In this document: in pieces, positions 1 to 9,030 of the stretch
How the letters are laid out: the number at the start of each line of letters is the position of its first letter
How positions within the stretch are numbered: the first letter of the stretch is position 1
Assembly: GCA_963766735.1 (NCBI GenBank)
Contig: CAVYBU010000007.1
Span: 288,001-352,000 of the forward strand
Direction: 5' to 3'
Length of the DNA stretch: 64,000 bases
Source: an uncultured Chloroflexia bacterium
GTDB lineage: Bacteria; Chloroflexota; Limnocylindria; Limnocylindrales; CSP1-4
The notes under the pieces: generated by a model
The model's database searches: none
What the model saw: only the letters and a program-made list of their open reading frames with translations
What the model was told of the DNA's origin: nothing
Translations under genes and position numbers: made by a program

Positions 1-362
1 CCGTTGCCAAAGAGGCCGCGCAGGCCGAGGTCCGGCTCCTGGAGATCCAGCACCAGGGCAACACGCTCCGCCTCGCCGCGCAGCTGGAGCAATTGACCGG
101 GCTCGAGTCTCGCGTCTCGATCCTGGGCTATGTCCAGCGCGGCGGCACCCCGTCCCCGATCGACCGTCTCCTGGCGACGCGCCTCGGGACCGCCGCAGCG
201 GATCTCGTCGCGGCCGGGACGTACGGCGTCATGGTCGCGGCGCGAGGTGACGGCACGGAGGCCGTCCCGCTGGAAGAGGTCGCCGGTCGCCGCAAGCTGG
301 TGCCGGTCGACCACCCGTGGGTGGCGTCGGCGCGGCACGTGGGTACCTGTCTCGGCGACTGA
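1..362 (+). CDS. pfkA: 6-phosphofructokinase, C-terminal part (truncated by window start)
   Basis: Motif '[26 protein letters not shown]' is the conserved PFK C-terminus; frame is open back to position 3. Confidence 0.9.
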   Translation, partial: VAKEAAQAEVRLLEIQHQGNTLRLAAQLEQLTGLESRVSILGYVQRGGTPSPIDRLLATRLGTAAADLVAAGTYGVMVAARGDGTEAVPLEEVAGRRKLVPVDHPWVASARHVGTCLGD

Positions 363-433
363 CAGGCTGCCGCGTCGTGGGCGCCTCGTGGCGGGTGGTC
401 TTCGTGGGGCTCAGCCGACCGGGGTGGTGAGCC

Positions 434-1228
434 TCAGCCGACGCGTCGCGAGAGAACACGGAGGCCGATCATCATTGCACCGACGACGAGCGTCACCGCG
501 GCGAGCGCGAGAAGGATGACGTTCCCCGGCGTCGCCGCTGTCTCCTGGCTGTCTGCCAAGACCCGGCTCGCGTCGCCGGACGGCGCGGCCACCTCGGCCG
601 GCGGCGACGCCTGGCGGACGCCCTCGTTCGAGGTGTCGGCATTCGCGTCAGAACTCTTGTCCGTCCCGGGTGCCCGGGACCCGGCGTACATATCGGCCTC
701 CGGCGCCGTGACCGCACCCTGGATGTCCGGGGAGTCCGGGGCGACGGTGGCGCTGACATCGCCGCCCTCGGCGACTGGCGATCCATCAGCCATTGGCGGT
801 GCCGCGAGGAGCGGGGCCTCTGCGGGCGCCGCACCCGCCGTGGCGCCGCCCAGGGGCAGCCCGGTGCCGGCGAGGAGGATGCCCACGAGGCCCAGGGCGG
901 CGAGCCCGGACCCCAGCGGAGCGGCAAAGGCGAAGCGAGGCCCGGCGAACGGCGCGAGGAGCCGGCGCCAGCCGGCGGGACGGAGGGACGCGGCCTCTTC
1001 GGCGGTCAGGCGGAAGTCGCGGGTGCGGCGGGGCGCCGGCATGAGCGGCAGGGCCGCGGCGATCGCGCGCAGATCGTGGTGGAGGGCCGCGCACGCGGCA
1101 CACCCGGCGACCTGGGCGGTCGCGGCCTCGAGCTCCGCGCCCGTGGCGTCACCCGCGGCATAGGCGGCGACGAGGACGGGATCGTGGGCGGCGTGGGCGG
1201 CGGGCGTGGCGGCGGCGGGGTGCGGCAT
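434..1228 (-). CDS. Membrane-anchored anti-sigma factor-like protein (zinc-finger-type N-terminus), copy 2
   Basis: HAAHD...AYAAG...CAAC N-terminus, 'PRRTRDFRLT' motif, a TM helix, a low-complexity linker and a C-terminal TM; lies downstream of the ECF sigma. Confidence 0.7.
   Translation of the reverse strand: MPHPAAATPAAHAAHDPVLVAAYAAGDATGAELEAATAQVAGCAACAALHHDLRAIAAALPLMPAPRRTRDFRLTAEEAASLRPAGWRRLLAPFAGPRFAFAAPLGSGLAALGLVGILLAGTGLPLGGATAGAAPAEAPLLAAPPMADGSPVAEGGDVSATVAPDSPDIQGAVTAPEADMYAGSRAPGTDKSSDANADTSNEGVRQASPPAEVAAPSGDASRVLADSQETAATPGNVILLALAAVTLVVGAMMIGLRVLSRRVG
815..1204. repeat. Direct duplication copy A (~390 bp; partner at 1588-1977)
   Basis: Identical by eye to 1588-1977 except C1034 vs T1807. 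Confidence 0.9.
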
Positions 1229-1239
1229 GTCCCTGCCAT

Positions 1240-1265
1240 GACGACGCGACGGGCCCGGCGGTTCC
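1240..1265 (-). promoter_or_regulatory. Putative ECF-type promoter GGAACC-N16-CGTC upstream of anti-sigma copy 2
   Basis: Minus strand reads GGAACC gccgggcccgtcgcgt CGTC, ending 11 nt before the ATG at 1228. Confidence 0.4.
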
Positions 1266-1269
1266 AGGG

Positions 1270-2012
1270 TCAGGGAGCGCGGACCGCAGACCGTCCCGCG
1301 AAACGCAGCACCACCAGGGCCAGGCCGGCCATGAGGGCAACCAGGGAGACCGCCAGCGCCATCGGAATTGCCGATCCGTTGTCGTCCCTGGCCGCCTTGT
1401 CCTCGGCGCCCGCGCCCGGTGCTGCCGGGTCGGCCGGCTGCGCGGCCAGCTGCGGGTCAATGCTCGCGTCGGGAACGCCGGCCACCGAGGGCTCTCCCTG
1501 CGCCATCACGGCGTCCTCCGGCGAGGGCGTCTGCATGTCCAAGGCTGGCGCCGGTGCCATCTCCGCCCCATTGGAGGTTGCGCGCTCGGCCTCTGCGGGC
1601 GCCGCACCCGCCGTGGCGCCGCCCAGGGGCAGCCCGGTGCCGGCGAGGAGGATGCCCACGAGGCCCAGGGCGGCGAGCCCGGACCCCAGCGGAGCGGCAA
1701 AGGCGAAGCGAGGCCCGGCGAACGGCGCGAGGAGCCGGCGCCAGCCGGCGGGACGGAGGGACGCGGCCTCTTCGGCGGTCAGGCGGAAGTCGCGGGTGCG
1801 GCGGGGTGCCGGCATGAGCGGCAGGGCCGCGGCGATCGCGCGCAGATCGTGGTGGAGGGCCGCGCACGCGGCACACCCGGCGACCTGGGCGGTCGCGGCC
1901 TCGAGCTCCGCGCCCGTGGCGTCACCCGCGGCATAGGCGGCGACGAGGACGGGATCGTGGGCGGCGTGGGCGGCGGGTCGACGGCGGGCGTGGCGGCGGC
2001 GGGGTGCGGCAT
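1270..2012 (-). CDS. Anti-sigma factor-like protein, copy 1 (apparent 1-nt frameshift near 1975, probably a sequencing error)
   Basis: ATG at 2012 overlaps the sigma stop; begins MPHPAAATPAVD, then continues in the 1270..2061 frame, near-identical to copy 2 over ~135 aa. Confidence 0.7.
1588..1977. repeat. Direct duplication copy B (partner at 815-1204)
   Basis: Offset of 773 bp from copy A. Confidence 0.9.
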
Positions 2013-2680
2013 CAGCCCTCCTCCCCGCGGAACAGGCCCATGGTGCCCTCGAGCTGCTCACGCAGGGCCAGGCGGCCGCGATGGATCCGGGACTTCACGG
2101 TCCCCAGCGAGACGCCCGTCAGATCGGCGATCTCCGCATAGTCGTAGCCCTCCACGTCGAACATGACGATCGCGTGGCGTTGATGAGGGGTGATCGCCGC
2201 GAGGGCCGCCCGTAGCACGCGCGCCCGCTCGCCGTGCATCGCCGTCCGCTCGGGGTCCGCCTCGGGGCCGGCTGGTGGCTGCCAGGTCTCGTCCTCAAGC
2301 TCTGGGTAGGGCTGGGACGGGCGGCGCTTCTTGAGCCGCTGCTGGTCCATCGCCGCGTTGATCGCGATCCGGCTCAGCCACGCGCGGACGCTGCCGCCGC
2401 GGAACGAGCGCATGTTCCGGTACGCGGAGAAGAACGCCTCCTGGACGGCGTCCGACGCCTGGTCGCGGTCCGGGACCATGCGGGCAACGAGCGAGAACAG
2501 GTGGTCCTGGTAGCACTCGACGAGATCGTTGAAGGCGTCGAGGCTGCCGTCGCGTGCCTTCTCCAGCAGGATCAGGTCGCGGCGCTGGATGGGATCCTCG
2601 ACGGCCCCCGACGGCCGGGCGTCCTGCACGACGGGCGCGACCCTCCTGGCGACGGTGGTGAGGCGCGCCGAGTCTAGCAT
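2012..2680 (-). CDS. ECF (sigma-70 family) RNA polymerase sigma factor
   Basis: Region 2 'DAVQEAFFSAYR...WLSRIAIN' and region 4 'YAEIADLTGVSLGTVKSRIHRGR'. Confidence 0.93.
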   Translation of the reverse strand: MLDSARLTTVARRVAPVVQDARPSGAVEDPIQRRDLILLEKARDGSLDAFNDLVECYQDHLFSLVARMVPDRDQASDAVQEAFFSAYRNMRSFRGGSVRAWLSRIAINAAMDQQRLKKRRPSQPYPELEDETWQPPAGPEADPERTAMHGERARVLRAALAAITPHQRHAIVMFDVEGYDYAEIADLTGVSLGTVKSRIHRGRLALREQLEGTMGLFRGEEG

Positions 2681-2800
2681 CGGGGTGCGGTGGAAACGCC
2701 GATCGCGGGAACGCCGATCGCGGCGACGAGGCTGGGCATCGCGGTTGGGACGCCAGGCGACCTGCCGAGGTTCCCTCGTCGGCTACGATGGCCTCTGCCT

Positions 2801-2886
2801 GGCGAAGTGGCGGAATGGCAGACGCGACGGTCTCAAACACCGTTGGCCGCAAGGTCGTGTGGGTTCGAATCCCACCTTCGCTACCA
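2801..2886 (+). tRNA. tRNA-Leu (anticodon CAA)
   Basis: Acceptor GGCGAAG/CTTCGCT, anticodon arm ACGGT-CTCAAAC-ACCGT, long variable arm, T arm GTGGG-TTCGAAT-CCCAC, encoded CCA. Confidence 0.95.
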
Positions 2887-3059
2887 CAATTGGCAGCAAT
2901 CCCGCACTCGTACGGACAGTCGGGTCGTTTGTGGGCGACCCGAGATTGCCAAGTCATTCCAGGCCGATGCTACTTCGCGAGCGACAGCGAGCGCATCTGC
3001 CGCCCGTACCCTGCTAGCGGATGCCCGGCGACGAACCGCGGCTGACCGATCGGCAGGGT

Positions 3060-3488
3060 ATGAGGGCGATCGCTGCCTCAGGGAGTCGGCGTCTGAGCGC
3101 GGTAGCGCGTGTCCCGCCCCGGGGGCCGGGACACGCGGATCTCTTGACCAACGGCCTTTCGCCGGCTCGCCACCCGAAGCGCGGCTCCACGCTCATCCGC
3201 CTGACGCTCGCCGCACAGGTCGCCGATCTGCTGACGTTCCTGCTCGCGGTGGCCATCGAGCCGGACCTCGTCTCGTTCGAGGTAGGTCCGATCGGTGCCA
3301 TCTACGCGGTCGGAGGTCCGGTAGCGGCGACGGCGTTCAAGGTCGCAGGACTGGCCGTGGTGTTCGCCGCGCTGGCCGTCTACCGCGGTCGCCTCACGAA
3401 ACCGATCCTGGTCGCCGTCTTGGCACTCGGCGCGGTCGGTGCCGTTGCGAACGTGCACGCGCTGCTGGTTGCCGGGGGTCTCATCTGA
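3060..3488 (+). CDS. Small membrane protein (DUF5658-like); start uncertain
   Basis: Several hydrophobic helices; 'QVADLLTF...E.GP...FKV' pattern. Confidence 0.55.
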   Translation: MRAIAASGSRRLSAVARVPPRGPGHADLLTNGLSPARHPKRGSTLIRLTLAAQVADLLTFLLAVAIEPDLVSFEVGPIGAIYAVGGPVAATAFKVAGLAVVFAALAVYRGRLTKPILVAVLALGAVGAVANVHALLVAGGLI

Positions 3489-3722
3489 TCCGCGGGTGCC
3501 AGATGTCTCCCTTCTGACACGCGGCAAGTACCAACCGTGCCCGGCTCAGACACATCGCCTGACCGATCCGCAGGGCCAGCAGGCGACATGGGGGCCGATG
3601 AGGCCTGTTGCCCCTTGGCGGCGACAGTCACCGCAGCGACCATGTTGGACCGAGGCTGAGCTGTGGTCGGCAGCCACACCGACGGCCGCCAGTCGCGAAC
3701 GTCTCAACGCAGGAGGCATCAC

Positions 3723-3884
3723 GTGGGGATCAACCGGACGCTGTTCGCTGCCGGTCTGCTGGTCGCCTTTGGCGCCGCCACGCTCCTGGTGCTGAACGTC
3801 CTCGAGTCAGGTCCTGCTGCCGCAATCGGCATCCTGGGGATCGGCCTGATTGCCGCTTCGGGTCGTACGCGACCCAGCCGCTAG
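3723..3884 (+). CDS. Small two-TM membrane protein
   Basis: AGGAGG RBS at 3711, GTG start, two hydrophobic segments. Confidence 0.6.
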   Translation: MGINRTLFAAGLLVAFGAATLLVLNVLESGPAAAIGILGIGLIAASGRTRPSR

Positions 3885-4070
3885 TGACCCACCTCCAGCC
3901 CAGCACTCGCCCGACCGATCGGCAGGGCCAGCGGGCGACCGGGGGCGTCGCTGCTTCTGGCAGAAAATGTGGCGCAATTGGGGCGGACGGAGGCGGCTAC
4001 GCGGACCGAAATAGAACGCCGTTCGTGCGGGAATTGGGACACCGCGGACACCGGCGGACGCTATCCGGGC

Positions 4071-4128
4071 GTCTCAAACACCGTTGGCCGCAAGGTCGTG
4101 TGGGTTCGAATCCCACCTTCGCTACCAC
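4071..4128 (+). repeat. 3' fragment of tRNA-Leu (att site)
   Basis: Exact copy of the tRNA from the anticodon arm to CCA, lacking the 5' half. Confidence 0.9.
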
Positions 4129-4188
4129 GGCCCCTGTGCCCGATCGGGCCCAGGCCACCCAAATATGGCGCCAGAGGAGGCCAACGGG

Positions 4189-4389
4189 TTGAGCAACAAG
4201 CACCACAGCGAGAGCAGCAAGTCGCACAACGCCCGCAAGAAGCACGACCAGCAGGCCCGCCAGCACGAACAGGCGACGGGCAATCCCTGGCACGAGTCGA
4301 AGGGCGCCCGAATCGGGATGGCCGCGATCGCCATCATCGCGGTGGTGTCGCTGACCCTGCTGTTCCTGGGCGGCGTCATCAAGTGGTAG
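4189..4389 (+). CDS. Small protein with C-terminal TM helix
   Basis: GAGGAGG RBS followed by TTG; basic/His-rich N-terminus and hydrophobic C-terminus. Confidence 0.6.
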   Translation: MSNKHHSESSKSHNARKKHDQQARQHEQATGNPWHESKGARIGMAAIAIIAVVSLTLLFLGGVIKW

Positions 4390-4492
4390 GCGCGGTGGTC
4401 GACGCCACCGTGTCCCCCCGCCCGAACCCGGCTTGGGCCGCGAGCCGGTAGACTCCCGGCTGCGCAAACCGTCAACCTTCCGCGGAGTCCAC

Positions 4493-5068
4493 ATGAGCCT
4501 CTTTCGCCGCGTCCTGAACCTCGATGCCCCCGACTCGCCCGATCTCCCGGTCCATCCCGACGCGCCGCTGCCGGCTGCAACTGCCGCCGAGACCGACAGC
4601 GTGCGGACGATCTCGATCCGCCTGGAGGCCCTGCCGCCGGCCCGGGCACGATACGTCGCGGCGTTCGCCTACCTGCTCGGCCGCGCCGCGCATGCGACGG
4701 GCGACATGAGCGACGCCGAGCGCGCCGCGATGCTGCGCATCGCCGACGCCGGCGGTCTCGACGCGGAGACCGCACCGCTCGTGATCGACCTGGCCGGAAC
4801 GCTGGCCGGCGAGTTCGGCGCGACGGAGGACTTCCTCGTCACTCGCGAGTTCAAGGCGATCTCGACGATGGAGGAGCGGGAGCGGCTCCTGCGCTGCTGC
4901 TTCCTCGTGATGGCGGCCGATGACGAGATCGACGCGACCGAGTCCTGGCTGGCGAACCGCCTGGCGGAGGAGCTGGACGTCGAGCGCCCGGATCTCAATC
5001 GCATCCGCGAGGAGTTCCACGAGCAGCTGTCCGGCGTGCGCGAGCTCCGGGAGCTCCAGGCCGGCTGA
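4493..5068 (+). CDS. TerB-family (tellurite resistance-like) protein
   Basis: GGAG RBS; two TerB-like motifs 'AHATGDMSDAE' and 'AADDEIDATE...IA/LAEEL'. Confidence 0.75.
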   Translation: MSLFRRVLNLDAPDSPDLPVHPDAPLPAATAAETDSVRTISIRLEALPPARARYVAAFAYLLGRAAHATGDMSDAERAAMLRIADAGGLDAETAPLVIDLAGTLAGEFGATEDFLVTREFKAISTMEERERLLRCCFLVMAADDEIDATESWLANRLAEELDVERPDLNRIREEFHEQLSGVRELRELQAG

Positions 5069-5171
5069 ACGGCGCCACGTGCGGGGGATCCTCGCCGGGC
5101 GGAGGAGTGCGCCACCGGCGCCGCCTGCCACCTGCCGCACGCGCGCGCGACACGCGCCCGCGCCGGGGGCC

Positions 5172-8100
5172 TCAGGCCAGCTGGAGGTCGATCACACCCT
5201 CGCCGACGCGACGTCGCACCTCGGCGACCAGCTCCGCGTCGTAGGCCACACCCCGCAGCTCCATCGGCAACGCGCTGCCCCCCGGGGCCGGCACGTGCAC
5301 GATCACGCGCGTCGCGCCAGGCCTCTCCCTCAGCACGCCCTTGAACGCCTGCATCGCGGCCAGGACGCGATCCGTCGCGGCACCGCGGGCGAAGCGGATG
5401 TTGAGCACGGCACCGGGAGCCGCCTCAACGGGACGTGACGGGGCATCGTTGGCCGCCGCGGCGCGGGAGCGCTGTTCGTCGGGGAGCGGCGGCGACTCGG
5501 GCTCGTCGGTTCCCTCGAGCCCCGTCGCTCCCGGCGGCTCCGCGTATGTTGGGACGGGCTCGGCCGGACGGAGCGGGCCACCGCCGCGGCCGTTGGCGCC
5601 GCTGCCGTTGCCGTTGTCCCGGGCGCCGTTCCCGTTTCCGCCACCGCGGGCGCCGACGCCGCTCCCCCCTGGAGCTCCCCCACCCCGTCGCGCCGCCCGC
5701 TTGTCCAGCGAGCCGACGTCCTTCGCGAACGCCTCCGGCCCGCGATCCGCGACGGCATCCCAGTCCCAGACCGAGTCGGCCAGCAGCGAGGCCTCGTCGC
5801 CCCGGTGGTCCACGCGTCCGGCCACCAGCAGGATCGCGCCGTCGCGCCAGGTCCCCACCGTCTGCTCGTACGTCTTCGGGAAGACCACCACCTCGAGAGT
5901 CCCCTGCAGGTCCTCGAGCGTGACGACCGCCATCATGCTCTTCGACTTGGTGAGCACCGAGCGGATCCCGGTCACGATCCCGCCCAGGACCACGCGCTGA
6001 CCGTCGAGCGACTCGTCCTTGAGGTCTCCGGAGTACGCCGTCACGAACTGCCCGACGCGTTCCGCCACCTCGCCCATCGGGTGATCCGAGAGGTAGAGCC
6101 CCATGAGCTCCTTCTCCCAGCGGAGACGCTCCCTGACCGGGGTCTCCGGCGTGGACGGCAGCGGCCGCTCCAGCGTGGAGGACTCGTCGCCGGTCATGTC
6201 GAACAGCGACGTCTGGCCGCTGATCCGGTCGCGCTGCGCGGCCTGGCCCGCGGCGAGCGCGTCGTCCAGGCCCATCAGGATCTGGGCCGGGTGCCCGAGA
6301 ACGTTGAGCGCTCCGACCTTGGCGAGTGACTCCAGCACCTTGCGGTTGGTGAGACGCAGGTCAACACGAGTGCAGAAGTCCGTCAGCGAGCGGAACTCAC
6401 CGCCCTCCTCGCGGGCCTTGATGATCGACTCGATCGCGCCCTCACCGACGTTCTTGACCGCCAGCAGCCCGAACCGGATGGCGTCGCCCTCGACCGTGAA
6501 CCCCAGCCCCGACTCGTGGACGTCCGGCGTGCGCACCTCGATGCCCAGGCGCCGGCACTCGGCGATCGCGGCCGCGACCTTCTCCGCGTTGTCCCGGAAC
6601 GCGGAGAGCACGGACGTCATGTACTCGACGGTGTAGTTCGCCTTGAGGTATGCGGTCTGGTACGCGATCAGCCCGTAGCAGGTCGCGTGGGCCTTGTTGA
6701 ACCCGTACCGCTCGAAGGGCTCGAACGCCTTGAACACCGCGTCGATGGTCTTTGCCGGCACGCCGCGCTCCGCGGCCCGCTCGACGAAGGTCTCCCGCAT
6801 CGACTGGAGCACCGCCCGCTTCTTCTTGCGGATGGCGTAGCCCAGCATGTCCGCCTCGGGCCCCGAGAAGCCGCCCAGGGCGATGGCGGCGGACATGATG
6901 TCCTCCTGGTACACGAAGATCCCGTACGTCCGGTTGAGGAACGGCTCCAGGAGCGGGTGGAGATACGTCACCGGCTCCTGGCCGTGCTTGCGCCGGATGT
7001 AGGCCGGGATGTTGTCCATCGGGCCCGGGCGGTAGAGCGCCACCATGGCCGCAAGGTCGAAGACGGACGTCGGCTGGAGCTCCTTGACGTAGCGGCGCAT
7101 CCCCGCGGACTCAAGCTGGAAGACACCCGTTGTCTCACCCGACGCGAGGAGATCGAAGGTCTTCGAATCGTCGAGCGGGATGTTGTCCAGGTCCACCGCG
7201 ATGTCGCGGTCCTCCTTGATCAGGTCCACGGCCTTGCGCAGGATCGTGAGGTTGGACAGGCCCAGGAAGTCGAACTTGAGCAGGCCCAGCGCCTCGATGC
7301 CGTGCATCTCGTACTGGGTCATCAGCGCGTCCGAGTTGGTCGCCTTCTGGAGCGGCATCAGCTCCGTCAGCGGCTCCCGCGAGATCACGACCCCGGCGGC
7401 GTGCGTGGACGCGTTCCGGGCCACACCCTCCAGTTGCTTCGCGAGCCCGATCAGCTTCCCGATCTGCGGATCCCCGTCGTGCATCTCCTTGAGCTGCGGG
7501 GAGAGCTGCAGTGCCTCCTCCAGCTTGATGCCCAGCTGGTTCGGGACCGCCTTGGCGATCCGGTCCACGTCCCCGTAGGACATCCCCAGCACGCGCCCGA
7601 CGTCCCGGATCGCGGCGCGGGCGAGCATCGTGCCGAAGGTGATGATCTGCGCGACGTGGTCCTGGCCGTACTTGCGGCTGACGTAGTTGATGACCTCGTC
7701 CCGGCGCTCGTCCTCGAAGTCCACGTCGATGTCCGGCATCGTCACGCGGTCCGGGTTGAGGAACCGCTCGAAGGGGAGGTCGTAGTGGAGCGGGTCCACC
7801 GGCGTGATGCCCAGCGTGTAGGTGACGATGGACCCGGGCGCCGACCCCCTGCAGGTGGTGGCGATCCCTTCCTGGCGTGCGAACCGCACGAAGTCCGCCA
7901 CGATCAGGAAGTAGCCGGCGTAGCCCATGGAGATGATCACGCCCAGCTCGTAGTCCAGGCGCTGCTGGAGGGCCGGGGTGATCACCCCGTAACGGCGGAC
8001 GAGGCCCGCCTCGCACTCCTTGCGCAGCCAGGTCTCCACCGTCTCGCCGTCGGGCACCGGGAAGTGCGGGATCCGGAGGTCGCCCAGCGGCAGCTTCAGG

Positions 8101-8930
8101 TCGACCATCTCGGCGATGCGCCGGGAGTTGAGCAGGGCATCCCGCTGGTCCGGGAACAGCCGCTGCATCTCGGCGGCCGTCTTGAGGTAGAACTCCTGGC
8201 CCTCGAACCGCATCCGGTTCTGGGTGTCGATGTTGTTCCCGGTACCGACGCAGAGCAGGACGTCATGTGCCTCGTGCTGCTCCGGGTGGACGTAGTGCAG
8301 GTCATTGGTGACGACCAGCGGCAGGCCGGTCTCCGGCGCCAGGCGGAGCAGCTGCTCGTTCAGGCGACGCTGCTCCGGGATGCCGTGGTCCTGGAGCTCC
8401 AGGAAGAAGCGGTCCTTGCCCAGGATGTCGCCGTACTCGCCCGCCAGCTTGCGGGCGAGCTCCCAGTCCTCGGCCTCGAGCGCCTTGGGGATCTCGCCGC
8501 CCAGGCAGGCGCTGAGGCCCACCAGACCCTGGCTGTGCTTCGCGAGGTGCTCGCGGTCGATGCGGGGCTTGTAGTAGTAGCCGTCGATGTGGGCGTCCGT
8601 GACCAGGCGGCACAGGTTCTGGTAGCCGGTCATGTCGGTCGCCAGCAGGACCAGGTGGAAGGGCTGGCTGTCGGCCTTGCCCTCCTTGTCGGTCATCGAC
8701 CGCCGCGCGACGTAGGTCTCCACCCCGATGATCGGCCTGATGCCCGCCTTGGTCGCCGCCTGGTAGAAAGCGACCGAGCCGTAGAGGGCTCCGTGGTCAG
8801 TGACGGCGAGCGAATCGAACCCGTGGCGGCCGGCTGTATCGACGAGGTCGGTGATCCGGCCGAGCCCGTCGAGCAGGCTGAACTCCGAGTGGGTGTGGAG
8901 GTGGACGAAGTCGTTCGGGGCGATGGTCAC
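5172..8930 (-). CDS. dnaE: DNA polymerase III alpha subunit
   Basis: PHP motif 'FVHLHTHSEFSLLDG', catalytic 'MPDIDVDF', 'GFNKAH', OB fold; GTG start at 8930. Confidence 0.97.
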   Translation of the reverse strand: MTIAPNDFVHLHTHSEFSLLDGLGRITDLVDTAGRHGFDSLAVTDHGALYGSVAFYQAATKAGIRPIIGVETYVARRSMTDKEGKADSQPFHLVLLATDMTGYQNLCRLVTDAHIDGYYYKPRIDREHLAKHSQGLVGLSACLGGEIPKALEAEDWELARKLAGEYGDILGKDRFFLELQDHGIPEQRRLNEQLLRLAPETGLPLVVTNDLHYVHPEQHEAHDVLLCVGTGNNIDTQNRMRFEGQEFYLKTAAEMQRLFPDQRDALLNSRRIAEMVDLKLPLGDLRIPHFPVPDGETVETWLRKECEAGLVRRYGVITPALQQRLDYELGVIISMGYAGYFLIVADFVRFARQEGIATTCRGSAPGSIVTYTLGITPVDPLHYDLPFERFLNPDRVTMPDIDVDFEDERRDEVINYVSRKYGQDHVAQIITFGTMLARAAIRDVGRVLGMSYGDVDRIAKAVPNQLGIKLEEALQLSPQLKEMHDGDPQIGKLIGLAKQLEGVARNASTHAAGVVISREPLTELMPLQKATNSDALMTQYEMHGIEALGLLKFDFLGLSNLTILRKAVDLIKEDRDIAVDLDNIPLDDSKTFDLLASGETTGVFQLESAGMRRYVKELQPTSVFDLAAMVALYRPGPMDNIPAYIRRKHGQEPVTYLHPLLEPFLNRTYGIFVYQEDIMSAAIALGGFSGPEADMLGYAIRKKKRAVLQSMRETFVERAAERGVPAKTIDAVFKAFEPFERYGFNKAHATCYGLIAYQTAYLKANYTVEYMTSVLSAFRDNAEKVAAAIAECRRLGIEVRTPDVHESGLGFTVEGDAIRFGLLAVKNVGEGAIESIIKAREEGGEFRSLTDFCTRVDLRLTNRKVLESLAKVGALNVLGHPAQILMGLDDALAAGQAAQRDRISGQTSLFDMTGDESSTLERPLPSTPETPVRERLRWEKELMGLYLSDHPMGEVAERVGQFVTAYSGDLKDESLDGQRVVLGGIVTGIRSVLTKSKSMMAVVTLEDLQGTLEVVVFPKTYEQTVGTWRDGAILLVAGRVDHRGDEASLLADSVWDWDAVADRGPEAFAKDVGSLDKRAARRGGGAPGGSGVGARGGGNGNGARDNGNGSGANGRGGGPLRPAEPVPTYAEPPGATGLEGTDEPESPPLPDEQRSRAAAANDAPSRPVEAAPGAVLNIRFARGAATDRVLAAMQAFKGVLRERPGATRVIVHVPAPGGSALPMELRGVAYDAELVAEVRRRVGEGVIDLQLA

Positions 8931-9030
8931 GGGACGTCCATGGTAGCCCGGCGGCGGGCACCGGGCCTGGTGCCCGGCGCGGCGCCGGCCTGATGCCATG
9001 GACCGGAGCAGCCTGCGCCACAATGTCACG

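Larger units (their letters stand above)
2830..4128. mobile_element. Integrase-less mini genomic island at tRNA-Leu, bounded by 58-bp att direct repeats
   Basis: 2830-2887 is repeated exactly at 4071-4128. Confidence 0.7.

Noticed and set aside
2695-2723. Short direct repeat AACGCCGATCGCGG x2 upstream of the sigma gene
   Set aside because: Only two copies, consistent with local slippage; no evidence for an operator role
4071-4128. Second tRNA-Leu gene
   Set aside because: Lacks the 5' acceptor strand and D arm; it is an att duplication
5440-5700. Intein or extra domain in DnaE
   Set aside because: Gly/Pro-rich linker before the C-terminal domain, with no intein splice motifs
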